Made by a program: the position numbers and the translations under genes. The notes beneath the pieces are model-generated. The model saw only the letters and a list, made by a program, of their open reading frames with translations, was not told where the DNA came from and searched no databases. This document shows positions 19,535 through 28,742 of a DNA stretch of 64,000 nt, piece after piece. How positions within the stretch are numbered: position 1 is the stretch's first letter; each line of letters opens with the position of its first letter. This DNA is from an uncultured Candidatus Rokubacteria bacterium (GTDB lineage: Bacteria > Methylomirabilota > Methylomirabilia > Rokubacteriales > DASRDR01): positions 512,001 through 576,000 of the forward strand of contig CAWGVS010000005.1 of assembly GCA_963826115.1 (NCBI GenBank), in the 5' to 3' direction.

Positions 19535-20504
19535 CCGAGCGCTCCGGACGGTCGCCCGCTTCCTCCGCGGCCTCGCGGGCGAGCTGCGCCAGGTCCGCGG
19601 CTCGCTGGGCCGCGCGGGTCGCCTCGGTGCGGGCCTCGGGCCCCGGTCGCGCGGCGGCGACCTGTGCTTCCCGGGCCGCCTCGGCCGCGCGCTTTGCCGC
19701 GCGCGCCGCCGCCTGCGCCGCGTCCTGGGAGCCGCTGATCGTCGCGGCGCCGTGGGGATCCTTCGACCGCTCGGCCGCCTGACGGCTCGCCTCGACGGCG
19801 GCCCGGCTCGCCGACCGCGCAGCGTCCCTTGCGGACTCGGCCGCGCTCGCCGCGGAGGCGTGCGAGTCCGGCCCGCCGCGTCCGCTGCTTGAACCGGGAC
19901 CGGAGCTCGCAGGGCCCCCAGGACCGGCCGCGCTCGACGATCCCCGACCGCCGCCGGAGGACGCCCCGGCGCTGGCCGAATGGCCGCCGCCGCTGCCCCC
20001 GCGACTTCCGCGCCCCTCGTTCTCGCCGAGCTCGGGGCCGCCGCCTCGCCCGGACCTTCCGCGGGACCCGTGACCGCTCAGCTCGGCCGACGCGGGATCG
20101 CGTCCGGATCCCCGGCCCGATCCCGCACCGCCCCGGCCCGCGTTGCCGCCGTCCGAGCCTCCGGAGGACGAGTCGGAGCTTCCTGAGCCACCGCCCTTGC
20201 CGGAGCCGCCACCCTTGCCGGAGCCACCGCCCTCGGAGTCGTTGCCGCCGCCCTTGCCGGAGCCTCCGCCACCACCCTTGCCGGAGCCGCCGCCCTCGGA
20301 GTCGTTGCCGCCGCCCTTGCCGGAGCCTCCGCCACCACCCTTGCCGGAGCCGCCGCCCTCGGACTCACCGCCACCGCCCTTGCCGCTGTCGGCGGTGGCC
20401 GTACCGGTGCCCGTCGGCGAGGGACTCCAGGGGAGGGTCGGCAGACTCAGAGCGAGCAGCATGGCTGTCGCGACGGCCAGCAGGCGGAGGACCTGACGTG
20501 TCAT
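19521..20504 (-). CDS. Secreted Gly/Ser-rich low-complexity repeat protein with Ala-rich helical C-terminus
   Basis: GGGAG RBS and ATG at 20504; signal-like N-terminus; GGGSGK repeats; sigma-54 promoter upstream. Confidence 0.75.
   Translation of the reverse strand: MTRQVLRLLAVATAMLLALSLPTLPWSPSPTGTGTATADSGKGGGGESEGGGSGKGGGGGSGKGGGNDSEGGGSGKGGGGGSGKGGGNDSEGGGSGKGGGSGKGGGSGSSDSSSGGSDGGNAGRGGAGSGRGSGRDPASAELSGHGSRGRSGRGGGPELGENEGRGSRGGSGGGHSASAGASSGGGRGSSSAAGPGGPASSGPGSSSGRGGPDSHASAASAAESARDAARSASRAAVEASRQAAERSKDPHGAATISGSQDAAQAAARAAKRAAEAAREAQVAAARPGPEARTEATRAAQRAADLAQLAREAAEEAGDRPERSGARP
20227..20363. repeat. 63-bp coding tandem repeat (2 full copies plus partial), with shorter GGGSGK units extending 20191-20385
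   Basis: CCGCCCTCGGA recurs at 20227, 20290, 20353; encodes SEGGGSGKGGGGGSGKGGGND on the minus strand. Confidence 0.9.
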
Positions 20505-20556
20505 GGGCGACTCCCTTCGAGGCCGGTCAAGCGTCGGCCGGGCCTCGGGTACTCGG

Positions 20557-20573
20557 AGCAACCTCCATGCCTA
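20557..20573 (-). promoter_or_regulatory. sigma-54 (-24/-12) promoter
   Basis: Minus strand TAGGCATGGAGGTTGCT = GG-N10-GC, close to YTGGCACG-N4-TTGCW; lies just downstream of a sigma-54 activator gene. Confidence 0.8.
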
Positions 20574-20688
20574 CGAGGCCCGGATGGGCCGTCTCGTCTA
20601 CCCGTTCTGGACGGCCCTCCGAGGGGGAGCCGGCCAGGTCGGGTCGCTCGCCCCCTGGTGGATTCGCCCACCGACGGGGAAATGCCCG

Positions 20689-22095
20689 CTACTCCTGGCC
20701 CCGGTCGGGCGCGAGCCGGAACTTCTCGATCCGGTACCGGAGCGTTTCCCGGGTCAGTCCGAGGAGCTCCGCGGCCCGGGCCCGGTTCCAGCCGGCGTGC
20801 CGGAGCGCCTGCTCGATGAGGCTCCGCTCCACCGATTCCAGCTCGATCGGGCCGAGCGAGAAGTCCACCGAGACGCCCTCCCGGCTCACGCCGACGGGTC
20901 CGGCGGCCTCGGGGCTTCCGAGGCCGAGGGTCTCCGTGCCGAGAGGCTGCCCCCGGTGGAGGAGCGCCGCGCGCTCGACGACGTGGATCAGCTCGCGCAC
21001 GTTCCCGGGCCACGGATAGGCCACGAGCGCGTCGCGCGCGGACGGCGCCCAACGGGCCTCGCCGAGGCCGTATCGCTCCCGGACCTGCTCGAGGGCGCGC
21101 TGGGCGAGGAGCCAGATGTCGTCCGGCCGACCCCGGAGCGGCGGCATCTCGACCGTGAGCACGCGCAGGCGGTAGAAGAGGTCGGCGCGAAACGTGCCCT
21201 CCCGCACCGCGGGCTCGAGGTCGCGGTTGGTGGCCGCGACGATCCGGACATCGACCCGTCGGGGCGTGAGCGCGCCCAGCCGTCGCACCGCGCGATCCTC
21301 GATGACCTTCAGGAGCTTCGCCTGGAGCGCCACGTCGAGGAGCCCGATCTCGTCGAGGAGGAGCGTGCCGCCGTCGGCGGCCTCGAACAGGCCCGGCTTG
21401 CTCGTGCGCGCGTCCGTGTACGCCCCGCGCTCGAACCCAAACAGCTCGCCCTCGAGGAGCGCGCTCGGGATCGCGGCGCAGTTGATCTCCACGAACGGCC
21501 CCGCGGCTCGCGGGCCCGCCGCGTGGATGGCGCGCGCCGCGAGCTCCTTGCCGGTCCCGGTCTCCCCGGTCAACAGCACCGTGGGCCCGGCGTCGCCCAG
21601 CCTGTCGGCCGCCGACACCTGCAGGATGCGCTGGCGGATCTCCTCCATGGCGGGGGAGGCGCCGAGCAGGCTCGCGACCGGCGCGCTGTGGCCGGCGCGC
21701 TGGCGGAGGTAGGCAATCTCACCCCGGGCGCGCTCGGCGTCCCACGCGCGCTGGACCACGAGCCAGAGCTCCTCGAGGTCGAGAGGCTTCGCGACGTAGT
21801 CGAAGGCGCCCTGCTTCATGGCCGCGACCGCGCCCTGGACCGTGCTGTGGGCCGTCATCACGATCACGACGGTCTCCGGCCGCTCGCGCTTGATCGCGGC
21901 GAGCGCGGCCAGCCCGTCCATGCCCGGCAGCTGGAGATCGACCAGCGCGACGTCCGGCGCGAGCTCTCCGAGCGCGGCGAGCGCGGCTTCCGCCGTGCCG
22001 AAGGCGCGCGCCTCGGCGCCCTGGCGCTTGAGGAACGTCTCGATGGCGGCGGCCAGCCCCGCCTCGTCGTCGACGACCATCACGCTCCGGACCAC
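20689..22095 (-). CDS. Sigma-54-dependent response regulator (NtrC/AtoC family: REC-AAA+-HTH)
   Basis: VVDDE...LVDLQLP...KP receiver; GETGTGKE, ELFG.ERGAYTDA, LDEI, WPGNVREL; Fis-type HTH; GTG start after GAGGGAGG. Confidence 0.95.
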   Translation of the reverse strand: MVRSVMVVDDEAGLAAAIETFLKRQGAEARAFGTAEAALAALGELAPDVALVDLQLPGMDGLAALAAIKRERPETVVIVMTAHSTVQGAVAAMKQGAFDYVAKPLDLEELWLVVQRAWDAERARGEIAYLRQRAGHSAPVASLLGASPAMEEIRQRILQVSAADRLGDAGPTVLLTGETGTGKELAARAIHAAGPRAAGPFVEINCAAIPSALLEGELFGFERGAYTDARTSKPGLFEAADGGTLLLDEIGLLDVALQAKLLKVIEDRAVRRLGALTPRRVDVRIVAATNRDLEPAVREGTFRADLFYRLRVLTVEMPPLRGRPDDIWLLAQRALEQVRERYGLGEARWAPSARDALVAYPWPGNVRELIHVVERAALLHRGQPLGTETLGLGSPEAAGPVGVSREGVSVDFSLGPIELESVERSLIEQALRHAGWNRARAAELLGLTRETLRYRIEKFRLAPDRGQE

Positions 22096-22105
22096 GACCC
22101 CTCCC

Positions 22106-23488
22106 TCAGGCGTCCGCTCGCGGCAGGACGATGACCGCGCGCGTGCCCGCACCGTCGCTCTCGAGCAGGAGCTTCGCCCCGGTGGCCTCGAGGAGCTTCC
22201 GGGCGAGCGCGAGACCGAGCCCCGTGCCGCCGGGCTTGGTCGTGAAGAACGGCTCGTACGCGCGGGCGAGCACGGCGGGAGGCATCCCGGGCCCGGTGTC
22301 CTCCACCCGCAGCTCGACCGGGCCGCCGGCGCCGGCCGTCGAGGCGACGCGCAGCGTGCCGCCGGCCGGCATCGCGTCGAGCGCGTTGCCGACGAGGCAG
22401 AGGAGCGCCTCTTCGAATCGCGCCGGATCGAGGCGGACCTTCGGCAGCTCGGCGCCGACGCTGACGTCGACGCGCACGCCCTGCGCCGCGCTGCGCGCCT
22501 CCACGGAGCCGAGCGCGGCCCGGACGGCCGCGTCGAGGGCGGTCGGGACCGAGCGGCCCTCGACCGGTCGGTTCAGGTCGAGGAGCGCCCGCATGCGGGC
22601 GCGCAGGCGGTCGGTGTCGGCGACGATCTGCAGGAGCTGGTCCCGGACTGGACCGCTGGCGTCGAGGAGGGCGACCTGGGCCGAGGCGCGGATGGCGGCG
22701 AGGGGATTGCCGAGCCCGTGGGCGACGGCGGCGGTGACCTCGCCGATCGCGGCGAGGCGCTCGGCGTCCAGGAGCTGGCCCTGCAGGGCCCGCAGCTCGG
22801 CGTTGGCCTGCGCGAGCTCCTCGGCGCGCCGGGCGAGCGCGGCGTGCTGGGCGCGGAGCGCGCGCGACGCCCGCCACACGATCCCGTAGAGGGCGAGGTA
22901 GAGGAGGACGCCCGATCCCGTGGCCAGCGCCCAGAGGATCGCGCGGCCGCGCCGGATGCCGGCGATCACGCGGCTCGCGTCCACGTAGGCCTCGACGGCG
23001 CCGGCGACCCGGCCCTCGCCAGGGAAGGCGACCGGTACGTAGAGCGCGACGCGCTCCTGGCCGGCGGGGGCCCCCGGCTCGAGGGCCGCGTCGGTCCGCC
23101 CGGCAAGGGCCGCGCGCACGGCGGCGGTCTCGCCGTGGGGCTGAAAGCCCCGCTCGGCGTCGCTCCAGAGAGGCTTCCCGTCGGGGCCGTAGACCACGAG
23201 CCGAAGCACCTCGGGGAGACGGCGCACCTGGCGCGTGAATTCCTCCAGGCGATCCTGCGAGTCCGGCCGCGGGGCGCCGCGGTCCGCGCCGAAGTCCTGG
23301 GGGCGCAGGTGGTCGTGAGCGGCCGCGCGCACGAACGCGGCCGTCGACGTCCACTCGCGCTCGAGGACCGCCTGCTCGACGAAGTAGGCGAGCGCGAGGC
23401 CGACCACCAGGGTGCTGCCGCCGATCGTGACGAGGCTCAGGACGGCGAACTGCCGGGTCGGACTCGGGGAGCCGGGGCGATCGCCCAT
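22106..23488 (-). CDS. Membrane sensor histidine kinase
   Basis: Two TM helices around an extracytoplasmic domain; AHGLGNPL H-box, NALDAM, DTGPG, FFTTK.GGTGLGL. Confidence 0.93.
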   Translation of the reverse strand: MGDRPGSPSPTRQFAVLSLVTIGGSTLVVGLALAYFVEQAVLEREWTSTAAFVRAAAHDHLRPQDFGADRGAPRPDSQDRLEEFTRQVRRLPEVLRLVVYGPDGKPLWSDAERGFQPHGETAAVRAALAGRTDAALEPGAPAGQERVALYVPVAFPGEGRVAGAVEAYVDASRVIAGIRRGRAILWALATGSGVLLYLALYGIVWRASRALRAQHAALARRAEELAQANAELRALQGQLLDAERLAAIGEVTAAVAHGLGNPLAAIRASAQVALLDASGPVRDQLLQIVADTDRLRARMRALLDLNRPVEGRSVPTALDAAVRAALGSVEARSAAQGVRVDVSVGAELPKVRLDPARFEEALLCLVGNALDAMPAGGTLRVASTAGAGGPVELRVEDTGPGMPPAVLARAYEPFFTTKPGGTGLGLALARKLLEATGAKLLLESDGAGTRAVIVLPRADA

Positions 23489-23557
23489 GGCGGCTCCATG
23501 GTACCGCCCGTGGCCGGGCCGGCTGACAGGGATTGCGCTCGACCGGGGCCCGGCGGC

Positions 23558-23586
23558 TTGACCCTCGATACGGCGGGTGTTATCAC
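23558..23586 (+). promoter_or_regulatory. sigma-70 promoter (extended -10), probably leaderless
   Basis: TTGACC-17 bp-TATCAC with TG; GTG start 7 nt downstream. Confidence 0.55.
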
Positions 23587-23593
23587 CGCCCGA

Positions 23594-23827
23594 GTGACTC
23601 GCTGGCGGCTGCCACAGATCGGACGGGCGCACGAGGCCTGGCCCGGCATCACGATGGCCGGCATCGTGATCCTCGCGGCGGCGGTGCTCGCCGACGCGTT
23701 CGGGGAGCCGCCTCGCGGCGGGCCGCGGCTCCACGTGGGCCTCGGACTCGGCTTCACGGTGCTCGTGCTGGGCTACGTGCTGCGTCTCTACGAGCGACGC
23801 AACGGAGGGGACGGGGATGCGCCATGA
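23594..23827 (+). CDS. Small two-TM hypothetical membrane protein (77 aa)
   Basis: Two hydrophobic segments (ITMAGIVILAAAVLA; VGLGLGFTVLVLGYVL); overlaps the next gene's start. Confidence 0.55.
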   Translation: MTRWRLPQIGRAHEAWPGITMAGIVILAAAVLADAFGEPPRGGPRLHVGLGLGFTVLVLGYVLRLYERRNGGDGDAP

Positions 23828-24959
23828 CCTGCTCTTGACCGGCGGCCACGTGATCGACCCCGCCTCGGGGATCGACGGCCCGCGCGACGTGGCGTTCGCA
23901 TCGGGCCGGGTGGCCGCGATCGACCGGTCGATCCCGCGCGCGACGGCGCGCGAGGTGGTGGACGTCGCCGGGGCGTACGTGGTGCCGGGGCTCATCGACC
24001 TCCACGCGCACGCCTTCATCGCGGGCCACGACCTCGGCGTCGAGACCGACCCCGTGTGCGCCTCGACGGGCGTGACCACCCTCTGCGACGCGGGCAGCGC
24101 GGGCGCCGCGAACTTCGCGGGGCTCCGGGAGTACGTGATGGCCCGCGCGGACACCCGCGTCCTCGGGTTCGTCCACATCGCGGCGATCGGCCTCACGCAC
24201 GTCGCGATCGGCGAGCACTGCTACCTCGACTACTCGGACCCGGTCCTCGCCGCGGGCGTGGCCCGCGAGCACCGGGACGTCGCCATCGGGGTGAAGGTGC
24301 GGATCCAGGCCGAGGTCGTCGCCCAGCATGGCCTCGAGCCGCTCAGGCGGGGCCTCCAGGCGGCGGAGGCGGCGTCGGTGCCCGTGATCGTGCACGTCAA
24401 CAACCCGCCGGTGGAGTACGGGGAGGTGCTCGCGCTCCTCCGGCCCGGCGACATCGTGAGCCACTTCCTGCACGGCCGGGGCTCGGGGATCCTGGACGGG
24501 CAGGGTCGTGTGAAGGAGGCGGTGCACGTCGCGCGCCGCCGCGGCATCGTGTTCGACGTCGCGCACGGCCGGAACCACGTGAACTTCCCGGTCGTGCGCC
24601 GCGCGTTCGAGCAGGGCTTCTATCCGGACACGATCTCCTCCGACCTCACGCGCCCGGGCCGGGCCAGCGTCGTGCGGGACCTCCCGACGACGCTCTCGAA
24701 GTTCCTGAGCCTCGGGATGCCGCTCGGCGACGTGGTCCGCGCCGCGACGGCCACCCCGGCCCGGGCGATCGGGCGGAGCGGGGAGCTCGGCACGCTGGCC
24801 GTCGGCGCGTCGGGCGACGCGGCGGTGTTCGCGATCGACGAGGGGCGCTTCCCCTACCAGGACGCCGACGGCAACGTCCTCGAGGGCACGAAGCGCTGGG
24901 CGCCCCGGCTCACGGTGCGGGCCGGCCGCGTCTCCTGGCGGCGCTGGCCCGCGGCGTGA
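23817..24959 (+). CDS. Amidohydrolase/deacetylase family metallohydrolase (dihydroorotase-like)
   Basis: PGLIDLHAH, TGVTT..DAGSAG, GVKVR, L.PGDIVSH, FDVAHG, TISSD. Confidence 0.88.
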   Translation: MRHDLLLTGGHVIDPASGIDGPRDVAFASGRVAAIDRSIPRATAREVVDVAGAYVVPGLIDLHAHAFIAGHDLGVETDPVCASTGVTTLCDAGSAGAANFAGLREYVMARADTRVLGFVHIAAIGLTHVAIGEHCYLDYSDPVLAAGVAREHRDVAIGVKVRIQAEVVAQHGLEPLRRGLQAAEAASVPVIVHVNNPPVEYGEVLALLRPGDIVSHFLHGRGSGILDGQGRVKEAVHVARRRGIVFDVAHGRNHVNFPVVRRAFEQGFYPDTISSDLTRPGRASVVRDLPTTLSKFLSLGMPLGDVVRAATATPARAIGRSGELGTLAVGASGDAAVFAIDEGRFPYQDADGNVLEGTKRWAPRLTVRAGRVSWRRWPAA

Positions 24960-24984
24960 CGAGCCCGCCTCGCTCGGCGGCTCC

Positions 24985-25776
24985 CTAGCCGCGGGCGAGC
25001 AAGAGGAGCAGCACGCCCAGCGCGATCCGGTAGACGACGAAGACGAGGAGCGTGCGGCGCTGCAGGTAGCCGACGAGGAACCAGATGGCGCCGAGGCCGG
25101 CCGCGAACGACGTGCCGACGCCGATCGCCAGCATGCCGAGCCCGTGGCCTGACATCCCCGCGCGGAGCAGCGGAGCGATCTCCAGCAGCCCGGCGGCCAC
25201 CGTGACCGGCAGGCCCAGCAGGAACGCGAAGCGGGCGGCGGTCGCGCGGTCGAGCCCGGCGAGGAGCCCGGCCGAGATGGTGATGCCGGACCGCGACACC
25301 CCGGGGATGAGGGCGAGCGGCTGGGCCAGTCCCACCGCCAACCCCCTGGGCACGCCCACCGTCCGGATGTCGCTCACCGGGTTCCGGTCCGCGCGGCGAT
25401 CCGCCCACCAGAGGACGAGCGCCCCGAGGATGGTGGACACCGCGACCACGGTGGTCGAGCGGAGAGCGGACTCGAGGTGCTCGAGGGCGAGGCCGGCAAG
25501 GCCCGCGGGGATGGTGCCGAGCGCCACTGCCAGCGCGAGGCGCCGGTCGGCCGGCCGGCCGATCAGGACTCCCTCGCCGAGCCGCCAGAGCTCGCCGGCG
25601 AAGTAGATCAGCAGGGCGAACACCGTTCCCAGGTGGATCGAGGCGTCGAACGCGAGGCCCTGATCGGGCCAGCCGAGGAGCCGCGGGACCAGGATCAGGT
25701 GGCCCGACGAGGAGACCGGCAGGAACTCCGTGGCCCCCTGGACCAGTCCGAGTACGACAGCCTGGAGCGGCGTCAT
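24985..25776 (-). CDS. uppP: Undecaprenyl-diphosphate phosphatase (BacA)
   Basis: QGATEFLPVSSSGHL, PGVSRSGITI, F..YR. Confidence 0.95.
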   Translation of the reverse strand: MTPLQAVVLGLVQGATEFLPVSSSGHLILVPRLLGWPDQGLAFDASIHLGTVFALLIYFAGELWRLGEGVLIGRPADRRLALAVALGTIPAGLAGLALEHLESALRSTTVVAVSTILGALVLWWADRRADRNPVSDIRTVGVPRGLAVGLAQPLALIPGVSRSGITISAGLLAGLDRATAARFAFLLGLPVTVAAGLLEIAPLLRAGMSGHGLGMLAIGVGTSFAAGLGAIWFLVGYLQRRTLLVFVVYRIALGVLLLLLARG

Positions 25777-25797
25777 GGGGTCGGGACGGCCCCGCCG

Positions 25798-26622
25798 CTA
25801 CCCGACGACGTCCTCGCCTCCATCGACGCCGAGGACGTTCCCGGTCATCCAGTAGGTCGAGGAGTGGGAGAAGGCGACGATCGCCCGCGCCACGTCGTCG
25901 GTGGTCGTGAGGCGACCGCCGGGGTTCCGGGCGAGGGCGCCCGCCTTGATCCGGTCGGCGCCGGGAATCTTCTGGAGCGCGGGCGTGTCCGTCACGCCCG
26001 CCCGCACGGCGTTCACCGTGATCCCGCGGGTCGCCAGCTCCATCGCAAGCTGGCGGACGTGGGACTCGAGCGCCGCCTTGGCGCCGGAGACCGGCCCGTA
26101 GTTCGGCAGGACGCGGGTCCCGCCGCCGCTCGTCATGGCGAAGACGCGCCCGCCGGCGCCCATCAGGCCCCGGGCGACGACGTCCTGCGTCCAGTAGACG
26201 AGGCTGTGGGCCATGACGTCGAGCGTCATGTCCATCTGGTCCTTGGACACCGCGTCGCGCGGGTTGTCGGCCACGAAAAGCCGGAGCGTGCCGAAGGCCA
26301 GCGAGTGGAGGAGCACGCGGAGCTGCCCCGCCTCGCCGCGGCTCTCCAGCTCCTTCCCGACCGCGTCGAGCACCTCGGCGCGCCGGGTGGCGTCCGCCGC
26401 GTTGACGTTGAAGAAGAGGGCCTGGCCGCCGCGCCGCTGCACCTCGGCGGCGATCCGCTCGGCGTTCGGCAAGGTCGCCTTGCGGTCCAGGTGGACCCCG
26501 GCGATCGACATGCCCGCGTCGGCGAGCGCGAGCGCGGTAGCCTCGCCGAACCCGGAGGACGCGCCGAGGATCAGCGCCCAACCGGACAGGCGGATGGGAG
26601 AATCCTGGGGCCCCTGGGTCAT
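25798..26622 (-). CDS. SDR oxidoreductase, enoyl-ACP reductase (FabL/FabI)-like
   Basis: LGASSGFG, Y-x6-K (NYGPVSGAK), AGVTDTPAL, VDGG. Confidence 0.82.
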   Translation of the reverse strand: MTQGPQDSPIRLSGWALILGASSGFGEATALALADAGMSIAGVHLDRKATLPNAERIAAEVQRRGGQALFFNVNAADATRRAEVLDAVGKELESRGEAGQLRVLLHSLAFGTLRLFVADNPRDAVSKDQMDMTLDVMAHSLVYWTQDVVARGLMGAGGRVFAMTSGGGTRVLPNYGPVSGAKAALESHVRQLAMELATRGITVNAVRAGVTDTPALQKIPGADRIKAGALARNPGGRLTTTDDVARAIVAFSHSSTYWMTGNVLGVDGGEDVVG

Positions 26623-26801
26623 CGGCTCGCCTCCGGCAGCTCGGGAGTGGACGTCACGGCGCCGGTATTCTAGCGCACGCGGCGCGCCGCTCACAGGCCG
26701 CCGACGCGGCTCGCGACCGCGCCGCGTTGAGCGGGACCGGCCCTCGTGTTACGCTCCGCGAAGATCGCGAGTCGCCCCGCCCCCATGATCCAGGAGGCTC
26801 C

Positions 26802-27971
26802 GTGAGCACGGTCAAGACCGAGATCCAGCGCGCCCTCGACGGCCTGTCCGGCGAGCTCGAGGCTCTGTCCCGGAAGATCCACGACCATCCGGAGCTCGGG
26901 TACCAGGAGGTGCAGGCCTGCGGCTGGCTCTGCGACTTCCTCGAGGGGAAGGGCTTCCACGTCGAGCGCGGGGTCGGCGGGGTCCCGACCGCCTTCCGGG
27001 CGACCGTGGAGGGCGCCGGGAAGGGACCGACGGTGGCGATCATGTGCGAGTACGACGCCCTCCCGAGCATCGGGCACGCCTGCGGACACAACATCATCGC
27101 GACGTCGGGCGCGGGCGCCGGGGCGGGTCTGGCGGCGGTGCGCTCGCGCCTCCCGGCGGGCCGGGTCCAGGTGATCGGCACGCCGGCGGAAGAGGGCGGC
27201 GGCGGGAAGGTGAAGCTCATCAGGGCCGGCGTGTTCGAGGGCGTCGACTGCGCGATGATGATCCACGGCTTCGACCGGACGATCCTCCACCAGGACCTCC
27301 TGGGGATCGTGCGGACCGACTTCGAGTACGCCGGGAAGGCCGCGCACGCCGCGGCCGACCCCTGGGTCGGGGTCAACGCCCTCGACGCCTGCATCCAGAC
27401 GTTCAACGCGGTGAGCATGCTGCGCCAGCAGGTGCGGCCGGATTGCCGGATCCACGGGATCATCGTGAACGGCGGCGCCGCGGCGAACATCATTCCCGAG
27501 TACGCGAAGGCGACGTTCTACGTCCGGGCTCCCCGGATCGACACCATGTGGGAGCTCCACCGCCGCGTGGTCGCGTGCGCCGAGGGCGCCGCGCGCGCGA
27601 CGGGCGCGACTCTCACCGTGACCAAGCACGAGATGGTGTACGAGCCGCTCAAGCGGAACCAGACCCTCCTCGACCTGTTCGCGGGGAACATGCGGGACGC
27701 CGGCCTGGTCGAGGGCGAGCCCATCCCCGATCGGCTGGGCTCCTCCGACGTCGGGAACGTGAGCCAGGTCCTGCCGGCCATCCAGCCCATGGTCGCCATC
27801 GCGCCGACCGGGATGGCCATCCACACCCGCGAGTTCGTCGACGCCGCCGTCAAACCGCTCGCGCACGCCGGCATGCTGGCCGCGGCGAAGACGATGGCGA
27901 TGACCACGTACGACCTCCTGGCCGACCCGGCGCGGGTCCGGGCGGCCCGGGCCGAGTTCGCCCGCGGCTAG
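26802..27971 (+). CDS. M20 family amidohydrolase (AbgB/ACY1L2-like)
   Basis: HPELGYQE, EYDALP.IGHACGHN, GTPAEEGGGGK, GSSDVGNVS; AGGAGG RBS. Confidence 0.92.
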   Translation: MSTVKTEIQRALDGLSGELEALSRKIHDHPELGYQEVQACGWLCDFLEGKGFHVERGVGGVPTAFRATVEGAGKGPTVAIMCEYDALPSIGHACGHNIIATSGAGAGAGLAAVRSRLPAGRVQVIGTPAEEGGGGKVKLIRAGVFEGVDCAMMIHGFDRTILHQDLLGIVRTDFEYAGKAAHAAADPWVGVNALDACIQTFNAVSMLRQQVRPDCRIHGIIVNGGAAANIIPEYAKATFYVRAPRIDTMWELHRRVVACAEGAARATGATLTVTKHEMVYEPLKRNQTLLDLFAGNMRDAGLVEGEPIPDRLGSSDVGNVSQVLPAIQPMVAIAPTGMAIHTREFVDAAVKPLAHAGMLAAAKTMAMTTYDLLADPARVRAARAEFARG

Positions 27972-27995
27972 GTCGCGGGAAGGCCGGCGTCGCTG

Positions 27996-28724
27996 ATGGC
28001 GAAGACCGCCGGGATCGTCCTCATCGGCAACGAGATCCTGTCGGGGAAGGTCGCCGACCAGAACGCGCTCTACCTCTGCCGCGAGTTCCGCCAGCTGGGC
28101 GTCGACGTGCGGAAGATCGCGGTGGTGCCCGACGAGGTGGACCTGATCGCCCGGGAGGTCGCCGAGTTCTCCCGGTCCTACGACTGGGTGTTCACGTCCG
28201 GCGGGGTGGGGCCGACCCACGACGACGTCACGATCGAGGGGGTGGCCCGCGCCTTCGGGCGGCGGGTCGTGAAGGACCCGGGCCTCGTGACCGCGCTGGA
28301 GGAGGTGTACCAGTCGCGGATCAACGACGCGCGGCTCAAGATGGCCGAGATCCCGGAGGGCGCCCAGCTGCTCGCCTCCGACCACCTGGTCGTCCCGGTG
28401 GTGGTGGTCGAGAACGTCCACGTGTTCCCGGGGGTGCCCGAGATCTTCCGCCGCAAGTTCGACGCGATCAAGGAGCGGTTTCGCGAGAGCCCGTACCTCA
28501 TGCGCGTCGTCTTCTACGGGGTGGGGGAGGGCATCCTCGCCGAGCACCTGAACGCCATGCTGCGAGGCTTCCCGGAGCTCCTCTGCGGCTCGTACCCGGA
28601 GTTCACGAACCCGGAGTACAAGGTGCGCGTCACGCTCGAGTCGAAGGACCACGAGTACCTGGAGGCGGCCCTCCGGGACCTCCTGGGACGTCTCCCCACC
28701 GATGCCGTGATCCGCGTCCAGTAG
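27996..28724 (+). CDS. CinA-like / molybdopterin-binding-domain protein (COG1058 pyrophosphatase type)
   Basis: IGNEILSG, SGGVGPTHDDVT, PGVP. Confidence 0.88.
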   Translation: MAKTAGIVLIGNEILSGKVADQNALYLCREFRQLGVDVRKIAVVPDEVDLIAREVAEFSRSYDWVFTSGGVGPTHDDVTIEGVARAFGRRVVKDPGLVTALEEVYQSRINDARLKMAEIPEGAQLLASDHLVVPVVVVENVHVFPGVPEIFRRKFDAIKERFRESPYLMRVVFYGVGEGILAEHLNAMLRGFPELLCGSYPEFTNPEYKVRVTLESKDHEYLEAALRDLLGRLPTDAVIRVQ

Positions 28725-28742
28725 CGCCTCGCGCCGGCCCCT

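Noticed and set aside
20191-20385. Tandem repeats as a possible CRISPR array
   Set aside because: No unique spacers, in-frame 63-bp coding units, no cas genes
20143-20496. Pro-rich (PEPPP) ORF on the plus strand
   Set aside because: Antisense mirror of the Gly-rich gene, which has the RBS, signal peptide and sigma-54 promoter
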